A stretch of 64,000 bases of DNA, taken from contig JAXGPF010000003.1 in assembly GCA_040767085.1 (NCBI GenBank), positions 160,001 through 224,000 of the forward strand, given 5' to 3'. Shown piece by piece: positions 1 to 10,731 of this stretch (position 1 is the stretch's first letter; each line of letters starts with the position of its first letter). Made by a program: the position numbers and the translations under genes. Origin of the DNA: Kiritimatiellia bacterium (GTDB lineage: Bacteria > Verrucomicrobiota > Kiritimatiellia > JAAZAB01). The notes beneath the pieces were generated by a model. The model ran no database searches. It was not told the origin of the DNA and worked only from the letters and a program-made list of their open reading frames with translations.

Positions 1-252
1 CATTTGACCTCGCGCGCCCTGCTGCAAGACAAGCTGGTGGATGAAATCGTCGCCGAACCGGAAGGCGGGGCGCATCGCGATCCCGCGGGCGCGGCGGCCG
101 GGTTAAAGGCGCGGCTGCTTGCCAACCTGGCGGATTTGAACCAATTGACCACGGATAGTTTGCTTGCCCAACGTTATGCCAAGTTCCGCGCCATGGGTGT
201 TTACCATGAGGCGGAGCCGGCAGCCGAACCGGAACCGGGACCGCCTGCCTGA
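1..252 (+). CDS. accA: Acetyl-CoA carboxylase carboxyltransferase alpha subunit, 3' end only
   Basis: C-terminal motifs DEIVAEPEGGAHRD and RYAKFRAMG; the ORF runs off the left edge. Confidence 0.9.
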   Translation, partial: HLTSRALLQDKLVDEIVAEPEGGAHRDPAGAAAGLKARLLANLADLNQLTTDSLLAQRYAKFRAMGVYHEAEPAAEPEPGPPA

Positions 253-301
253 CGGCCCCCGGCCGACCTGACCCATGAATCGTAACTCGCAGAGTCCGAC
301 T

Positions 302-2140
302 ATGCATCTCTATCGCACCCATACCTGCGGCGCCTTGCGCCGCGAACAGGCCGGCGCGCCAGCGCGCCTGTCCGGCTGGATTTACCGCAAACGCGACCAC
401 GGCCACCTGCTGTTCATTGACCTGCGCGACCATTATGGACTGACCCAGGTGGTGATCCAGCCCGACCGCGAATTTTTCGAGGCCTGCTGCAAACTCCGGC
501 TGGAAAGCGTGATTACCGTCACCGGCCAGGTCGTCCTGCGTTCGCCGGACACCATCAATCCCGAACTGCCCACCGGCGAAGTCGAGTTGGTGGCGGAAAG
601 CGTGGCGGTCGAATCCGCCTGCGAGCCGCTGCCGCTGATGGTGGACAGCGAGGAAGACGGCCCGGAAGACACGCGGCTGCGCTACCGCTATCTCGATTTG
701 CGCCGGCCGCGCCTGCACGCCAATATCATGCTGCGGTCGCAGGTGATCGCCTACATCCGCCGCCGGATGATGGAACTGGGCTTCTCGGAATTTCAAACGC
801 CGATCCTTACCAGCAGTTCGCCGGAAGGCGCCCGCGATTACCTGGTGCCCAGCCGCATTCATCCGGGCAAATTTTACGCCCTGCCCCAGGCGCCCCAGCA
901 ATTCAAGCAACTCCTGATGGTGGCGGGGTTCGACCGTTATTTCCAGATCGCCCCGTGTTTCCGGGACGAAGATGCCCGCGCCGACCGCTCGCCGGGCGAA
1001 TTTTACCAGTTGGACCTGGAGATGTCTTTCGCCACCCAGGAAGACGTCTTCGCCGTGGTGGAGGATGTCTTTGCCGGGCTTTTCCGGGAATACGGCAAAA
1101 TGCCCTGCAACGCGGCGCCCTTCCCGCGCCTGGCTTTCGCCGACGCCCTGGAACGTTACGGCACGGACAAGCCCGACCTGCGCATTCCGATTGAAATGCG
1201 CGATGTCACCGACACCTTCCGCAGCGGCAATTTCAAGATTTTCAGTTCCGCCATCGCCGGCGGCGCGGTGGCGCGCGCCATTCCGGCGCCGGGCGCCGTC
1301 GCCCAGCCGCGCAGTTTCTTCGACAAGCTTACCGCCTGCGCCCAGGAACTCGGCGCCAAGGGACTGGCCTACCTGACGTGGTCCAACGGCGCGGTCAAGG
1401 GGCCGGCGGCGAAGTTCCTGCATCCCGACCAGCTGGCCGCCCTGGCCCAGCAATGCGGCGTGGGTGAAGGCGATGCGCTGTTTTTCCTGTGCGACCGCCC
1501 CCGCGAAGTCAACCGCATCGCCGCCGAATTGCGCGTGAAACTCGGACGCGACCTGAACCTGATCGAGGAAAACACCTATCGGTTCTGCTGGGTGGTGGAC
1601 TTCCCCATGTTCGAGCAGGATGCTGAAACCGGCGCAGTCGTCTTCTCCCACAATCCCTTTTCCATGCCGCAGGGCGGCCTGCAGGCGCTGGAGGAAAAGA
1701 ACCCGCTGGAAGTGCTGGCTTACCAGTACGATTTCGTCTGCAATGGCTGCGAGTTATCCAGCGGCGCCATCCGCAACCACCGGCCGGAAATCATGTACAA
1801 GGCCTTTGCCATCGCAGGCTACTCCCGCGAGGATGTTGACCAGAAATTCTCCGGCATGATCAACGCCTTCCGCCTGGGCGCCCCGCCCCATGGCGGCATT
1901 GCGCCGGGAATTGACCGGATCGTCATGCTGCTGGCCGGCGAACGCAACATCCGCGAGGTTATAACCTTCCCCATGAACCAGAAGGCGCAGGACCTGATGA
2001 TGGGCGCGCCCGCGGAAGTCACGCTGAAGCAATTGCGCGAATTGCATATCAAGCTGAACGTTCCGCCGCCAGCTTCGGCGCCGGCAACAACGGCGCCGGC
2101 GGCTGCCGCGCCAACACCGCCGGCCCCGCCGGCGAATTAG
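302..2140 (+). CDS. aspS: Aspartate--tRNA ligase
   Basis: YRTHTCG N-terminus, [52 protein letters not shown]; alternative start at 275. Confidence 0.97.
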   Translation: MHLYRTHTCGALRREQAGAPARLSGWIYRKRDHGHLLFIDLRDHYGLTQVVIQPDREFFEACCKLRLESVITVTGQVVLRSPDTINPELPTGEVELVAESVAVESACEPLPLMVDSEEDGPEDTRLRYRYLDLRRPRLHANIMLRSQVIAYIRRRMMELGFSEFQTPILTSSSPEGARDYLVPSRIHPGKFYALPQAPQQFKQLLMVAGFDRYFQIAPCFRDEDARADRSPGEFYQLDLEMSFATQEDVFAVVEDVFAGLFREYGKMPCNAAPFPRLAFADALERYGTDKPDLRIPIEMRDVTDTFRSGNFKIFSSAIAGGAVARAIPAPGAVAQPRSFFDKLTACAQELGAKGLAYLTWSNGAVKGPAAKFLHPDQLAALAQQCGVGEGDALFFLCDRPREVNRIAAELRVKLGRDLNLIEENTYRFCWVVDFPMFEQDAETGAVVFSHNPFSMPQGGLQALEEKNPLEVLAYQYDFVCNGCELSSGAIRNHRPEIMYKAFAIAGYSREDVDQKFSGMINAFRLGAPPHGGIAPGIDRIVMLLAGERNIREVITFPMNQKAQDLMMGAPAEVTLKQLRELHIKLNVPPPASAPATTAPAAAAPTPPAPPAN

Positions 2141-2898
2141 CCCTGCCCGGCGGCGGGCCGCCAGGTCCAGAGCACGATGGCGACCGCGGTCGCGGCATTC
2201 AGCGATTCCACGCCGCGCTGCATGGGGATGGCCGCGCAATCCAGCCGGCCGCGCAGGTTGTCCGGCAAACCCGGCCCTTCCTGCCCGGGCAGCAACCCGT
2301 AGGCGCCGCGCGGTGTCTCCCAGTCATCCAGGGGCCGCCCGCCGGCATCCAGGGTAAACACTCGCCGGCCGGCCGGCCAGGTTAATTCCTCCAGGCGGCC
2401 GGCCTGCGCCAGCGGCAATCTCCAAACGGTGCCCGCCGCCGCGCGCAACGCGCGCGGCAGGAACGGGCAGGCGGCTTCCGCCGTGAGCACCACCCGCGCC
2501 GCGCCCAGCGCGGCGGCCGAGCGGATGACCCCGCCGACATTTTCCGGATCGCTGAAAGGCGCAAACAGGGTGCACCCGCCGGGCCACGGCGCCGCGGGAT
2601 CATAGGCCGGCAGGGCCGGCCGCCGCATCAGCAGCAGCGGACCGGGCGCGCCAAAGACATTGATGCTTTGGAACAGGCCCGCGGCCAGCATGTAGCGCGG
2701 CACACCCGGCGGGGAGGGAATGTCCGGATGATCCGCGGCGGCGATCACGGCCTCGATCAAGTCCGGCCGGTCGCGCAGCGCTTCCCGCACCAGCCGCGCG
2801 CCGCCGGCCAGGTAAACACCGTGCTTGCGGATGCCGCGGGCATCGTCCAGCGCCGCCAGTTTGCGGATCAAGGGATTCGCGCGGCTGGTGATGAGCAT
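2137..2898 (-). CDS. TrmH/SpoU family RNA methyltransferase
   Basis: [22 protein letters not shown] and [18 protein letters not shown] motifs; start set at MLITSRAN. Confidence 0.9.
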   Translation of the reverse strand: MLITSRANPLIRKLAALDDARGIRKHGVYLAGGARLVREALRDRPDLIEAVIAAADHPDIPSPPGVPRYMLAAGLFQSINVFGAPGPLLLMRRPALPAYDPAAPWPGGCTLFAPFSDPENVGGVIRSAAALGAARVVLTAEAACPFLPRALRAAAGTVWRLPLAQAGRLEELTWPAGRRVFTLDAGGRPLDDWETPRGAYGLLPGQEGPGLPDNLRGRLDCAAIPMQRGVESLNAATAVAIVLWTWRPAAGQG

Positions 2899-2957
2899 TG
2901 GTGATACAACCATGGGGCCGGGACCTTGGATGACTGGGTGGCGCGGAAGTTGACCGC

Positions 2958-3674
2958 TTAAGCTTTCCTGATGATTTCCGACTCGGCGGCGCACAAGGCC
3001 TCGAAAATCCCGGCAGCATCCGGCGCCTGGCGCATGGCGGAGATCAGGTGTGTGCGCCGGCACATCATGCAGATGCGCGCCAGCACGTGCAGGTGAATCC
3101 GGTCATCCTGGCAGCAGATCAGGAAAAAGGTGTCCGTTGTTGCCCCGTCCGGCGCGCCGAACGGCAGCGGATGGGCGGTGCGGCCGATGACGATAAACGA
3201 GTCCTCGAACATATACGGCTCGTGATTGCGGGGATGCAGGAGTGCGATGCCGTCAGCAATCGCCGTGGAGCATAAATTTTCGCGTTCCTCCAGGCTGGAC
3301 AGCAGGTCCGCCGCGGAAAACACCATCCCGGTCAGGTCCGCCAGGCGCGTCATCTCGCGCAACAGCGACGGCTTGGTACGGGCCGGCACGTCGGTATGCA
3401 CGAACTCCAACCGCGCCAATTCGGTGATAATAGCCGCATCGTGGGACAAATCGTGCTCCTTGCTGGTCACCTGGTGGTAGTCGGTGAGTTTCTTGTCCAC
3501 CATGCCGAGAATCCGGCGGGACGCCCAGACATCCAGTTCGCGCTGCCGGAAAACACAGCGGCCGCCCAGTGTTTCGCAGGGGATTTCCTGGCGACGCACC
3601 AACTGCTGGAGGTCGGCCGGTTTCAGGTGCAGGTATTCCGCCGTCTGATCTAGATTGAAAATACGGTGCGGCAT
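2958..3674 (-). CDS. PTS IIA (Ntr/Fru-like) domain protein with N-terminal excisionase-like HTH
   Basis: N-terminal NLDQTAEYLHL...IP HTH; EERENLCSTAIADGIALLHPR and FGAPDG; HLHVLARI. Confidence 0.85.
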   Translation of the reverse strand: MPHRIFNLDQTAEYLHLKPADLQQLVRRQEIPCETLGGRCVFRQRELDVWASRRILGMVDKKLTDYHQVTSKEHDLSHDAAIITELARLEFVHTDVPARTKPSLLREMTRLADLTGMVFSAADLLSSLEERENLCSTAIADGIALLHPRNHEPYMFEDSFIVIGRTAHPLPFGAPDGATTDTFFLICCQDDRIHLHVLARICMMCRRTHLISAMRQAPDAAGIFEALCAAESEIIRKA

Positions 3675-3696
3675 ATGATCACAGCCTTGAATTTTA

Positions 3697-4788
3697 TTAT
3701 AACGCGTCCGCCGGCGGCTGCACCAGGATGGCCTGGAACACCCGGCGGCAGTAATCGCATTGATGGCACCGATGCCCGCAGGTCGAAGTCCGCTCGAACC
3801 AATCGGCGGGAAAACGCCGGTTATCCAGCATGGCGGGCGCCAGGGCCCGCGCAAAGCCGGGCTCAAACAGGTTCAACAGGTTGCCGTCATGCCGCCCGCC
3901 GGCATAGGCATGGATCACCAGGCGCGGCTGGGCGTGCATGCGGGTGGCAAGTTTGACCGTGCGGAAGAGGCCGGCGTAATGGCGCAAATCTTCCGGCCGG
4001 ATCCAATTCGCCTGCAGTAAAACATGGCGGCGGTCGGGCTGGCGCAGGTAATTCCAGCAGATGTGCGGCGTCCAGCCTTCCATGTTGGCGGTTTCGTCCA
4101 GTTCCTGTTCATGCGCCACCATGTTATCGTGAAAAATCTGCCCCGGGCAGTGATCCAGGCAGCCGCTGTTAGCCAGCAGGTGCAGGCGCTTGCCGGCGCC
4201 GTCCGCCCATTCCTTCAGCCGGGCCAGGTGCGCCAGGTCGCGATTGCATTCGCGGCGGACGTAAAAGCTGTCGAAGAGCTGCGCGGCGTATTCCATGCCG
4301 TTGACCGTCCCGATCTGCATGTTGACGGATGCGCGCGTTTCGATGGCCGGAAAATGCTTTTTAACGATGTGCGCGACGGCGGGGGATGCCGTCGTGACAG
4401 CATCCGCGCCGTTGACGATATCAGCCAAATGTTCCAGGATGGAGCAGACCTGGCGTTCCAGGCACCGGCTGACGGCCCGGCCGCCGTAGCAGTTCGCGTT
4501 AAGCAGCAAATCCAGCCGCACGCCCATCTCGCGGCAGGCCTGGAGATCTTCTTCCATCCTTTGCTGTCCGCTCCAATCGGTATAGCCCCGGCGCCGGGTC
4601 AACGCGGCGCGGCCGGAGGGCAGATCGGCCCAGGGGAAGTATATTTCTTCGATCGCCGGCCGGTAATCCTGGACGATGCCGGCGAAACTTTCTTCGTCCG
4701 GATCGGCCAGTTGATAACCGACGGCGAAGCGGATGCCATCGGCCGGCGCCGGGCGGGCGGGCGGGATGTTGTCTGGCGGGGATTGCAT
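3697..4788 (-). CDS. U32 peptidase-like (UbiU/TrhP superfamily) Fe-S protein
   Basis: LLLNANCYG, RASVN, RRECNRD, LLANSGCLDHCP, WIRPEDL, KLATR and a C-terminal CxxxCxxCxxC; the longer 5466 start overlaps other genes. Confidence 0.7.
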   Translation of the reverse strand: MQSPPDNIPPARPAPADGIRFAVGYQLADPDEESFAGIVQDYRPAIEEIYFPWADLPSGRAALTRRRGYTDWSGQQRMEEDLQACREMGVRLDLLLNANCYGGRAVSRCLERQVCSILEHLADIVNGADAVTTASPAVAHIVKKHFPAIETRASVNMQIGTVNGMEYAAQLFDSFYVRRECNRDLAHLARLKEWADGAGKRLHLLANSGCLDHCPGQIFHDNMVAHEQELDETANMEGWTPHICWNYLRQPDRRHVLLQANWIRPEDLRHYAGLFRTVKLATRMHAQPRLVIHAYAGGRHDGNLLNLFEPGFARALAPAMLDNRRFPADWFERTSTCGHRCHQCDYCRRVFQAILVQPPADAL

Positions 4789-4902
4789 GCCTAGACAAAT
4801 ATTCTCCATGCCCGGCCATGTCAAGCCGGAAATACGGAAATAAAAACCGCTGGACTTTGACAGGCGTCGCAGTATGCTAATAAAAACAAAAGGGAGCAAG
4901 GC

Positions 4903-5331
4903 ATGCGCAAACGACTTAAACCGGCCGACCCCGCCACGCGGGCGCGCCTGCTGGAGGAACTGCACCGCGATCTCGAGCGCCGCCAGGGCGGCTACCGCGA
5001 ACAGGCGCTGAACCTGCTGCCGCATGTCTGCGCCAGTTGCGGACGGGCCTTCGAGGGACGGCGCCTGCGCGAACTCACGGTCCACCACAAAGACCACAAC
5101 TGGAAAAACAATCCGCCCGACGGCAGCAACTGGGAATTGCTCTGCCTTTATTGCCACGACCATGAGCATGAAAAATACAAGATGGCGGATTACGCCACCG
5201 GCGCGCCGGAAAATCTTGAGCCGGCGCCGTCCATCTTCCAGCCATTTGCCAACCTGGGCCAACTCCAGGCCGCGCCGCCGGCCGGCGATCCCGCCCGGCC
5301 GCCGCCTGGCAGCGGCCCCCGGCCCGGCTGA
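4903..5331 (+). CDS. yajD: YajD family HNH nuclease
   Basis: GYREQAL..LPHVCASC...LRELTVHHKDHN..NNPPDGSNWELLCLYCHDHEH. Confidence 0.85.
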   Translation: MRKRLKPADPATRARLLEELHRDLERRQGGYREQALNLLPHVCASCGRAFEGRRLRELTVHHKDHNWKNNPPDGSNWELLCLYCHDHEHEKYKMADYATGAPENLEPAPSIFQPFANLGQLQAAPPAGDPARPPPGSGPRPG

Positions 5332-5373
5332 CGCCGCCGGCAAAGCCGCGTTCGGCCTGGCATTACCGGGTGG

Positions 5374-7047
5374 ATGATGTATTACCTGATGACTTTTTTG
5401 CGGAAGGATATGGCGGTCCTGTCCAATGTCCTCCGCGCCGGCCGGCGGCAATCGCGGTTCAAGCAAATTTTCATCGGCTGCTTCGCGCTGGGACTCCTGG
5501 CCGGCTTATGGCGACTGTTCCTCGATGGATTCCGTTTCATCTCCGCCCTGGGCGGCGTGGGCACGCTGCTGATCCAGCGACTCTTTTCCCTGTTTTTCTT
5601 CAGCCTGGCCGCCATGCTGCTGGTTTCCAGCCTGATCACCGCCTATGCGGTGCTTTTCCGCGCGGCGGAAAACCCGCCGCTGATTTTATCGCCGGTGCCG
5701 CATGGCCGGCGCATTCTGCATCAATGGCTGGAAATCACACTGATCTCGGCCTGGGCGTTTTTTTTCATGATCGTGCCGTTTATCGGCGCGTTCGTCATGC
5801 ATGAGCGCCTGCCCCTGCCATTCATCTTCTGGACCGGCCTGCTTTCGGCGCCATTTGTGCTGCTATGCTGCGCGGGCGGCGTGTTGATCACCCTGGCGGC
5901 CGTCCGCTGGCTGCCGCGGCTGCATCCGGCCTGGCTCGGGCTGGTGCTGGCGGGCGCGGCGGGATGGTGGTGGTGGCGTTCCGCCGCTGCCGCGGCGCCG
6001 CCGCACGCGGATGAAGCCGTTTTCATGCTGGCGCGCCTGATCCCGGGCTTGCGCCTGGCAGCCTACCCGCTCTGGCCCAGCCATTGGGTGGCGGAAGGCA
6101 TCCTGGCACTCAGCCGCGGTGATTGGGCGCGCGGCGCCGGCTTTTCGGCCGTGCTGTGCGCCAACCTGCTCATGGCCGGGCTGCTGGTGGATCGCCTGGG
6201 CCAGGCCTGGTTTCAGCAAGCCTGGCAGCGCTCGCTGGCGCCGCGTCGGCGCCGGAACGGCCGGCGGCCGGCGGAGCGCGCCTGGAGCGAAAATCTGCTG
6301 CGTCCGCTCCGGCAGGACCACCGGGCGCTGGTCCTGAAAGATTGGCGGCAGTTGATGCGCGATCCGGTCCAATGGACGCAAGGCGCGGTTTTTTTCTGTC
6401 TGCTGGCGGTTTATTTTCTCAACCTGCGCAATTTGAATTACCATCAGCTTGACCCGGTCTGGCGCAACCTGATTGCCTTTTTGAATGTTTTCAGCCTGGC
6501 AGCCATCATGTGTTCCTTCTGCTCGCGGTTCGTCTATCCGCAGATGAGCCTGGAGGGGCATGGCTGCTGGATGATCGGGCTGTCGCCCGTCAGCATGGGG
6601 CGGGTCTTGCTGGTAAAATTCGCGGCCGCCTGGGCGGTCCTGCTCGCCGTCGGCGCCGGCCTGCTGCTGTTATCCAGCTCCCTGCTGAATGCGGCGCCGG
6701 GCATGCGCGCCCTGGCGGTGGCGCTGGCCGCGGCCATGTCGGCGGCCTTCTGCGCCCTGGCCACCGGGTTGGGCGCGATTTTCCTGAACTTGCGCCAGCG
6801 CAATCCGGTAATCATTCTTTCCGGGTTCGGCGGCACGCTGAACCTGGCGCTCAGCCTGGCGTATATGATCGCCGCCATCCTGCCTTTTGCCGCGCTGTAT
6901 CATTGGTTTTACCTTGGACGGCTGGATGCCCAGTCCCTGCAACGCGGCCTTTGGGCCGCAGGCGCCTGGCTGGCAGTCCTGACAGCGGCCGCCGCGGTCG
7001 TGCCGCTGGCCCTGGCCCGGCGCAGCCTGCAACAACGCGAGTATTGA
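5374..7047 (+). CDS. Putative ABC-2 type transporter permease
   Basis: Many TM segments; KDWRQLMRDPVQW and RFVYPQMSLEG..W...SP motifs. Confidence 0.75.
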   Translation: MMYYLMTFLRKDMAVLSNVLRAGRRQSRFKQIFIGCFALGLLAGLWRLFLDGFRFISALGGVGTLLIQRLFSLFFFSLAAMLLVSSLITAYAVLFRAAENPPLILSPVPHGRRILHQWLEITLISAWAFFFMIVPFIGAFVMHERLPLPFIFWTGLLSAPFVLLCCAGGVLITLAAVRWLPRLHPAWLGLVLAGAAGWWWWRSAAAAAPPHADEAVFMLARLIPGLRLAAYPLWPSHWVAEGILALSRGDWARGAGFSAVLCANLLMAGLLVDRLGQAWFQQAWQRSLAPRRRRNGRRPAERAWSENLLRPLRQDHRALVLKDWRQLMRDPVQWTQGAVFFCLLAVYFLNLRNLNYHQLDPVWRNLIAFLNVFSLAAIMCSFCSRFVYPQMSLEGHGCWMIGLSPVSMGRVLLVKFAAAWAVLLAVGAGLLLLSSSLLNAAPGMRALAVALAAAMSAAFCALATGLGAIFLNLRQRNPVIILSGFGGTLNLALSLAYMIAAILPFAALYHWFYLGRLDAQSLQRGLWAAGAWLAVLTAAAAVVPLALARRSLQQREY

Positions 7048-7084
7048 CCCGGCGGCGGCGGGGCAAACTGGGGGATGAACCCGG

Positions 7085-7300
7085 GGCTGCGTTATGTTCA
7101 GCGGCTCGCTCCCGCGCCTTGCGCGCCGTTCCGGATCGGAGGCGGCCAAGGGACCCAGGCTTTGCCAAGGCTACGCCGGGCAAGCTGGCCGCCCTACCGA
7201 AGCATGAATACAGATTCCGGAGGCAGGGCGAGGTCTCCCTGCGTGCTGCGCTATGCAGGGCAAGCCGTACCGAGCCGTCTTTTCCGAGAATGACGCATCC
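7085..7300. repeat. Composite REP/MITE-like element, copy 1
   Basis: Ends GGCTGCGTTATG / GAGAATGACGCATCC, flanked by CCGG on both sides; the right ~75 nt is nearly identical to 15222-15300. Confidence 0.75.
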
Positions 7301-7367
7301 CCGGGGCTGAACCGGGAATGGAAAAGCGCGCTTGTGCGGACGGCGGCGCTATGTTAAGCTTGGCCCG

Positions 7368-8156
7368 ATGAGCATGAAAACACAAAGCGTGTTGATCCAG
7401 GACGAGATGGCCAAGTCCAAGTCCAAACTGGGGCATTACTGCGACTTGATCATCGGCCGGCGCGGCTGGCGCCATTTGCTGCGTTACGAATGCACCATCT
7501 GGCTCTGCGCCATGACGCCGGGCGCCCTGGGTCTGTACCTGCGCTCCAAACTTTATCCGCGCCTGCTGGGCAGTTGCGGGCGCAACGCGGTTTTCGGCGT
7601 CAATATCACCCTCCGGCATCCGCATAAAATCCATCTCGGCGACAACGTGATCATTGACGATAATTGCCTGCTGGACGCCAAAGGCCTGGACAACCAGGGC
7701 ATCCGCATCGGCAACGGGGTCTTCCTGGGGCGCAATTCCATCTTGAGCTGCAAAAACGGCGACATCGTCCTGGAAGACCGGGTGAATATCGGCTTCAACG
7801 CGGAGGTGTTTTCCGGCAACCGCGTCACCGTGGGCGCCGATACCCTTGTGGCGGCTTACTGTTACTTCATCGGCGGCGATCATGCCAGCGCCGATGCCGG
7901 CGCGGCCATTAACCGGCAGGGCACCACTGCCCGGGGCATCACCGTCGGTCCGAATTGCTGGTTCGGCGCGGGCGCCAAAATCCTGGACGGCGTGGCCGTC
8001 GGCAATGACAGCATCATCGGCGCGGGCGCGGTGGTCACCCGGGATGTGCCATCCTTCTCCGTGGCCGTGGGCGTGCCGGCCCGCGTAACGCGCAACCGGC
8101 GGAACGACGCGCAGCATGACTCCGCTTCCGCCGCGCCGGCGCCCGCAGCCGGTTAA
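7368..8156 (+). CDS. Hexapeptide-repeat (LbH) O-acyltransferase
   Basis: Repeated [LIV]Gxxxx hexapeptides; IIGAGAVVTRDVP...AVGVPARV. Confidence 0.9.
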   Translation: MSMKTQSVLIQDEMAKSKSKLGHYCDLIIGRRGWRHLLRYECTIWLCAMTPGALGLYLRSKLYPRLLGSCGRNAVFGVNITLRHPHKIHLGDNVIIDDNCLLDAKGLDNQGIRIGNGVFLGRNSILSCKNGDIVLEDRVNIGFNAEVFSGNRVTVGADTLVAAYCYFIGGDHASADAGAAINRQGTTARGITVGPNCWFGAGAKILDGVAVGNDSIIGAGAVVTRDVPSFSVAVGVPARVTRNRRNDAQHDSASAAPAPAAG

Positions 8157-8243
8157 TCAACCAACTTCCGGCGGGAGCATGCCCGCAGCCCGGATTGCAA
8201 TCGCAACCGAAGTACGATCCCCGCGGGAACAGGCGATAACATT

Positions 8244-10400
8244 ATGGCGAAGATGATTGAACAGCCGCTCCATTGCATCATCCAACGCATGGCCGGCGCC
8301 GCGCTGCCGGCGATCATGCTGACCCTGGCCGGCTGCGCGCCGGAATCCATGCCATCCCGTCCCGCGGCGCCGGCGCCCTCCGGCGCGGGCGGCGGCGGGG
8401 CGAATGTCGGCGCGAAATTACGGGAACTAACCGGCGCGCAGACGCGCGCGGTCTGGATTCAGGACTTGAGCGATGGCACGGACACGGGCCTGGAATCCGC
8501 CAATCTGCGGCTGATGGGATTGGATTCCGACGACGGCCGCGGCGAACGCGCCATCCTGGCCGAACCGGCCAATTATTCCCGGCCCTTGATCATGCCGCGC
8601 GGCGATCGCGTGGTGTTTTCGGACCGGCATACCCGCCGGATCATGCTGGCGCATTGGGATGGGACCAGCTTGCGAACCTTGCGGCCTGGATTGGCGCTGG
8701 CCGTCTGGGCGGATGACGCCGGACGGGAATGGATTTATTACGGCGAAGAGCACGGCATGCAGCGGCTGGTCCCGAAAATTTACCGCTGCCTGGCGGATCA
8801 CCCGGCGACGGTTGAGCCGGTCTGGGAACGGACGGCGGCGGGCTTGAACAATTTTCAACTATCGGCCGACGGCCGGCGCGCCGGCGGCGTCTTTCCCTGG
8901 CCGGAATGCGGCATCGCGGAATTGCCCGACCGCGGTCTGCGGATTTACGGCAAAGGCTGCTATCCGGCGCTGGCGCCGGACGATAGCGGCCTGCTCTGGA
9001 TTTTTGACGGAGCGCATCGCAACCTGTTGTTCTTCCGGGCCGGCACCGATGAGCGCTGGCAGGTGCCGATTAACACCGCCCCGGAGATTGGCGGATATGA
9101 AGTCTATTATCCCCGCTGGAGCAACCGGGCCCGGTTCATGGTCATGACCGGCCCGTTCAAGGTCGGCACCGGGGACAACCGCATCCGCGGCGGGGGCCTG
9201 GAAGTGGAAGTGTACGCCGGGCGGTTCAGCGGCGATTACCGGCGCGTGGAAGAGTGGCGCCGGCTGAGTTTCAATGACCGGGGCGATTTCTATCCCGATC
9301 TCTGGGTGGCGCCCGCGCCGGAGGCATCCGGCACGGCGGACCGCGCACCGGCCCCTCCTCCCGCGCCGGAGGCATCCGCTGAACCGCTGCCGCCCTGGCC
9401 GTCGGACCGCACCCGTTTGGAGTTCATCTGGGAGAACCGCGCCCGTCCGAATGAAGTCGCCGGCGCGGATGGCACGGCGTTGATCTGCGGGGTGGAACCA
9501 GCCGGACAAGCGCGTTACGGCCGGCATTACGAAATGCTGATTGCCCGCGGCGCTTTTGCGGCGCATCCCGCGCCGGCGCGCCGCGCGCTGGCGGCTTGCC
9601 GGGCGTCCGGCGCCATGACGCTGGAACTGGTCGCCATCCCCGCCGCCGGCGGTCCGCGGCCGCCGGGCATCATTTGCGCCATCGGCGCCGCCGGCCGGAC
9701 GTGGAGCCTGCTCCTGGGAGAACGCGATGCGCGTCTGGCATGCCTGCTGCGGCGCAAGGACGGCGCGCCGGGCGCGGAAATTGCGCTCGGCGCGCTGCCG
9801 GCCGGCCGGCCGGCGCACATCTCCTTGAGTTATGCCGACGGCGCTCTAACCTGCCGGCTGAACGGCGGGGAAATCCTACGGACCAATCTGCCGGATGCGG
9901 ATTTAGACGGCTGGGAATCGGAAATCCTGCGGTTCGGCGCGGCGCCCGACAAAAGCCTGAACTGGAGCGGTTTAATTGAAGGCGTAGCGTTGTTCAGCCG
10001 GGCGCTGACGGCGGAGGAAGCGGCCCGGAATTACCGGGCATACGCGGAAAAATTTGCACGCCGCGCGCCGGCGCCGCCCACGGTCATGGTGGACGCGCGC
10101 CTGACTGCCGCGCCGGACATTCCCGACCCGGCGGAAATCGCTCCTTACCGCCGCGCCCTGGCGGTCAACCGCTATCAGTTGGCCCAGGCACTCGACGGCG
10201 CGGAGTTCCCCGCGGAATTCCTGGCGGCCGAGTGGGTGATTATGGACGGCGCCGTGCTGTCCGACGCACGGCGGACGCCGGGCCGGGTTTACCGGCTACG
10301 CCTGGAGCGTTTTGACGATCACCCGGAATTGGAAGGCGAACGCCTGATCATGGAAGGCGACGCCTGGGATTTGCCTATGTATTATCCGCCGGACGCCTGA
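8244..10400 (+). CDS. Putative lipoprotein: TolB-like propeller + LamG-like domain + C-terminal unknown domain
   Basis: Lipobox LAGC; YPALAPD/YPRWSN repeats; WSGLIEGVALFSRALT LamG-type ending; start codon uncertain. Confidence 0.55.
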   Translation: MAKMIEQPLHCIIQRMAGAALPAIMLTLAGCAPESMPSRPAAPAPSGAGGGGANVGAKLRELTGAQTRAVWIQDLSDGTDTGLESANLRLMGLDSDDGRGERAILAEPANYSRPLIMPRGDRVVFSDRHTRRIMLAHWDGTSLRTLRPGLALAVWADDAGREWIYYGEEHGMQRLVPKIYRCLADHPATVEPVWERTAAGLNNFQLSADGRRAGGVFPWPECGIAELPDRGLRIYGKGCYPALAPDDSGLLWIFDGAHRNLLFFRAGTDERWQVPINTAPEIGGYEVYYPRWSNRARFMVMTGPFKVGTGDNRIRGGGLEVEVYAGRFSGDYRRVEEWRRLSFNDRGDFYPDLWVAPAPEASGTADRAPAPPPAPEASAEPLPPWPSDRTRLEFIWENRARPNEVAGADGTALICGVEPAGQARYGRHYEMLIARGAFAAHPAPARRALAACRASGAMTLELVAIPAAGGPRPPGIICAIGAAGRTWSLLLGERDARLACLLRRKDGAPGAEIALGALPAGRPAHISLSYADGALTCRLNGGEILRTNLPDADLDGWESEILRFGAAPDKSLNWSGLIEGVALFSRALTAEEAARNYRAYAEKFARRAPAPPTVMVDARLTAAPDIPDPAEIAPYRRALAVNRYQLAQALDGAEFPAEFLAAEWVIMDGAVLSDARRTPGRVYRLRLERFDDHPELEGERLIMEGDAWDLPMYYPPDA

Positions 10401-10473
10401 ATTAGACCGTTCCGTTTCGACTTAATATCCCATTGTATGGGACAAGCATTTTTGCATGGCATAATATTATCGT

Positions 10474-10540
10474 GGTTTTAAGGTGTTACGTTTTAAGGTT
10501 TCAGGCATAAAACTTTAAAACCATAAAACTTAAAACTTTA
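10474..10540. repeat. Inverted array of ~8-bp tandem repeats
   Basis: About 4 GTTTTAAG-like units followed by about 4 TAAAACYT-like units in an AT-rich intergenic region. Confidence 0.55.
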
Positions 10541-10731
10541 ACGCGGCGCGGGAGTGAACGTTGGTAATTTGAGACTTGTCCTTCGTAGCCGAAGGCTAAG
10601 TAGGATTGCGGCCTGTGCGCCGCTTTGGGGTGAACCGAATTTATCGGCACTTAACAATAGTGAGGTGTGATATTGAGCGCATGCCGGCAGGGTGTTCAGA
10701 CTCTTGATCGCGTTGAGGCACAAGGAGCAGA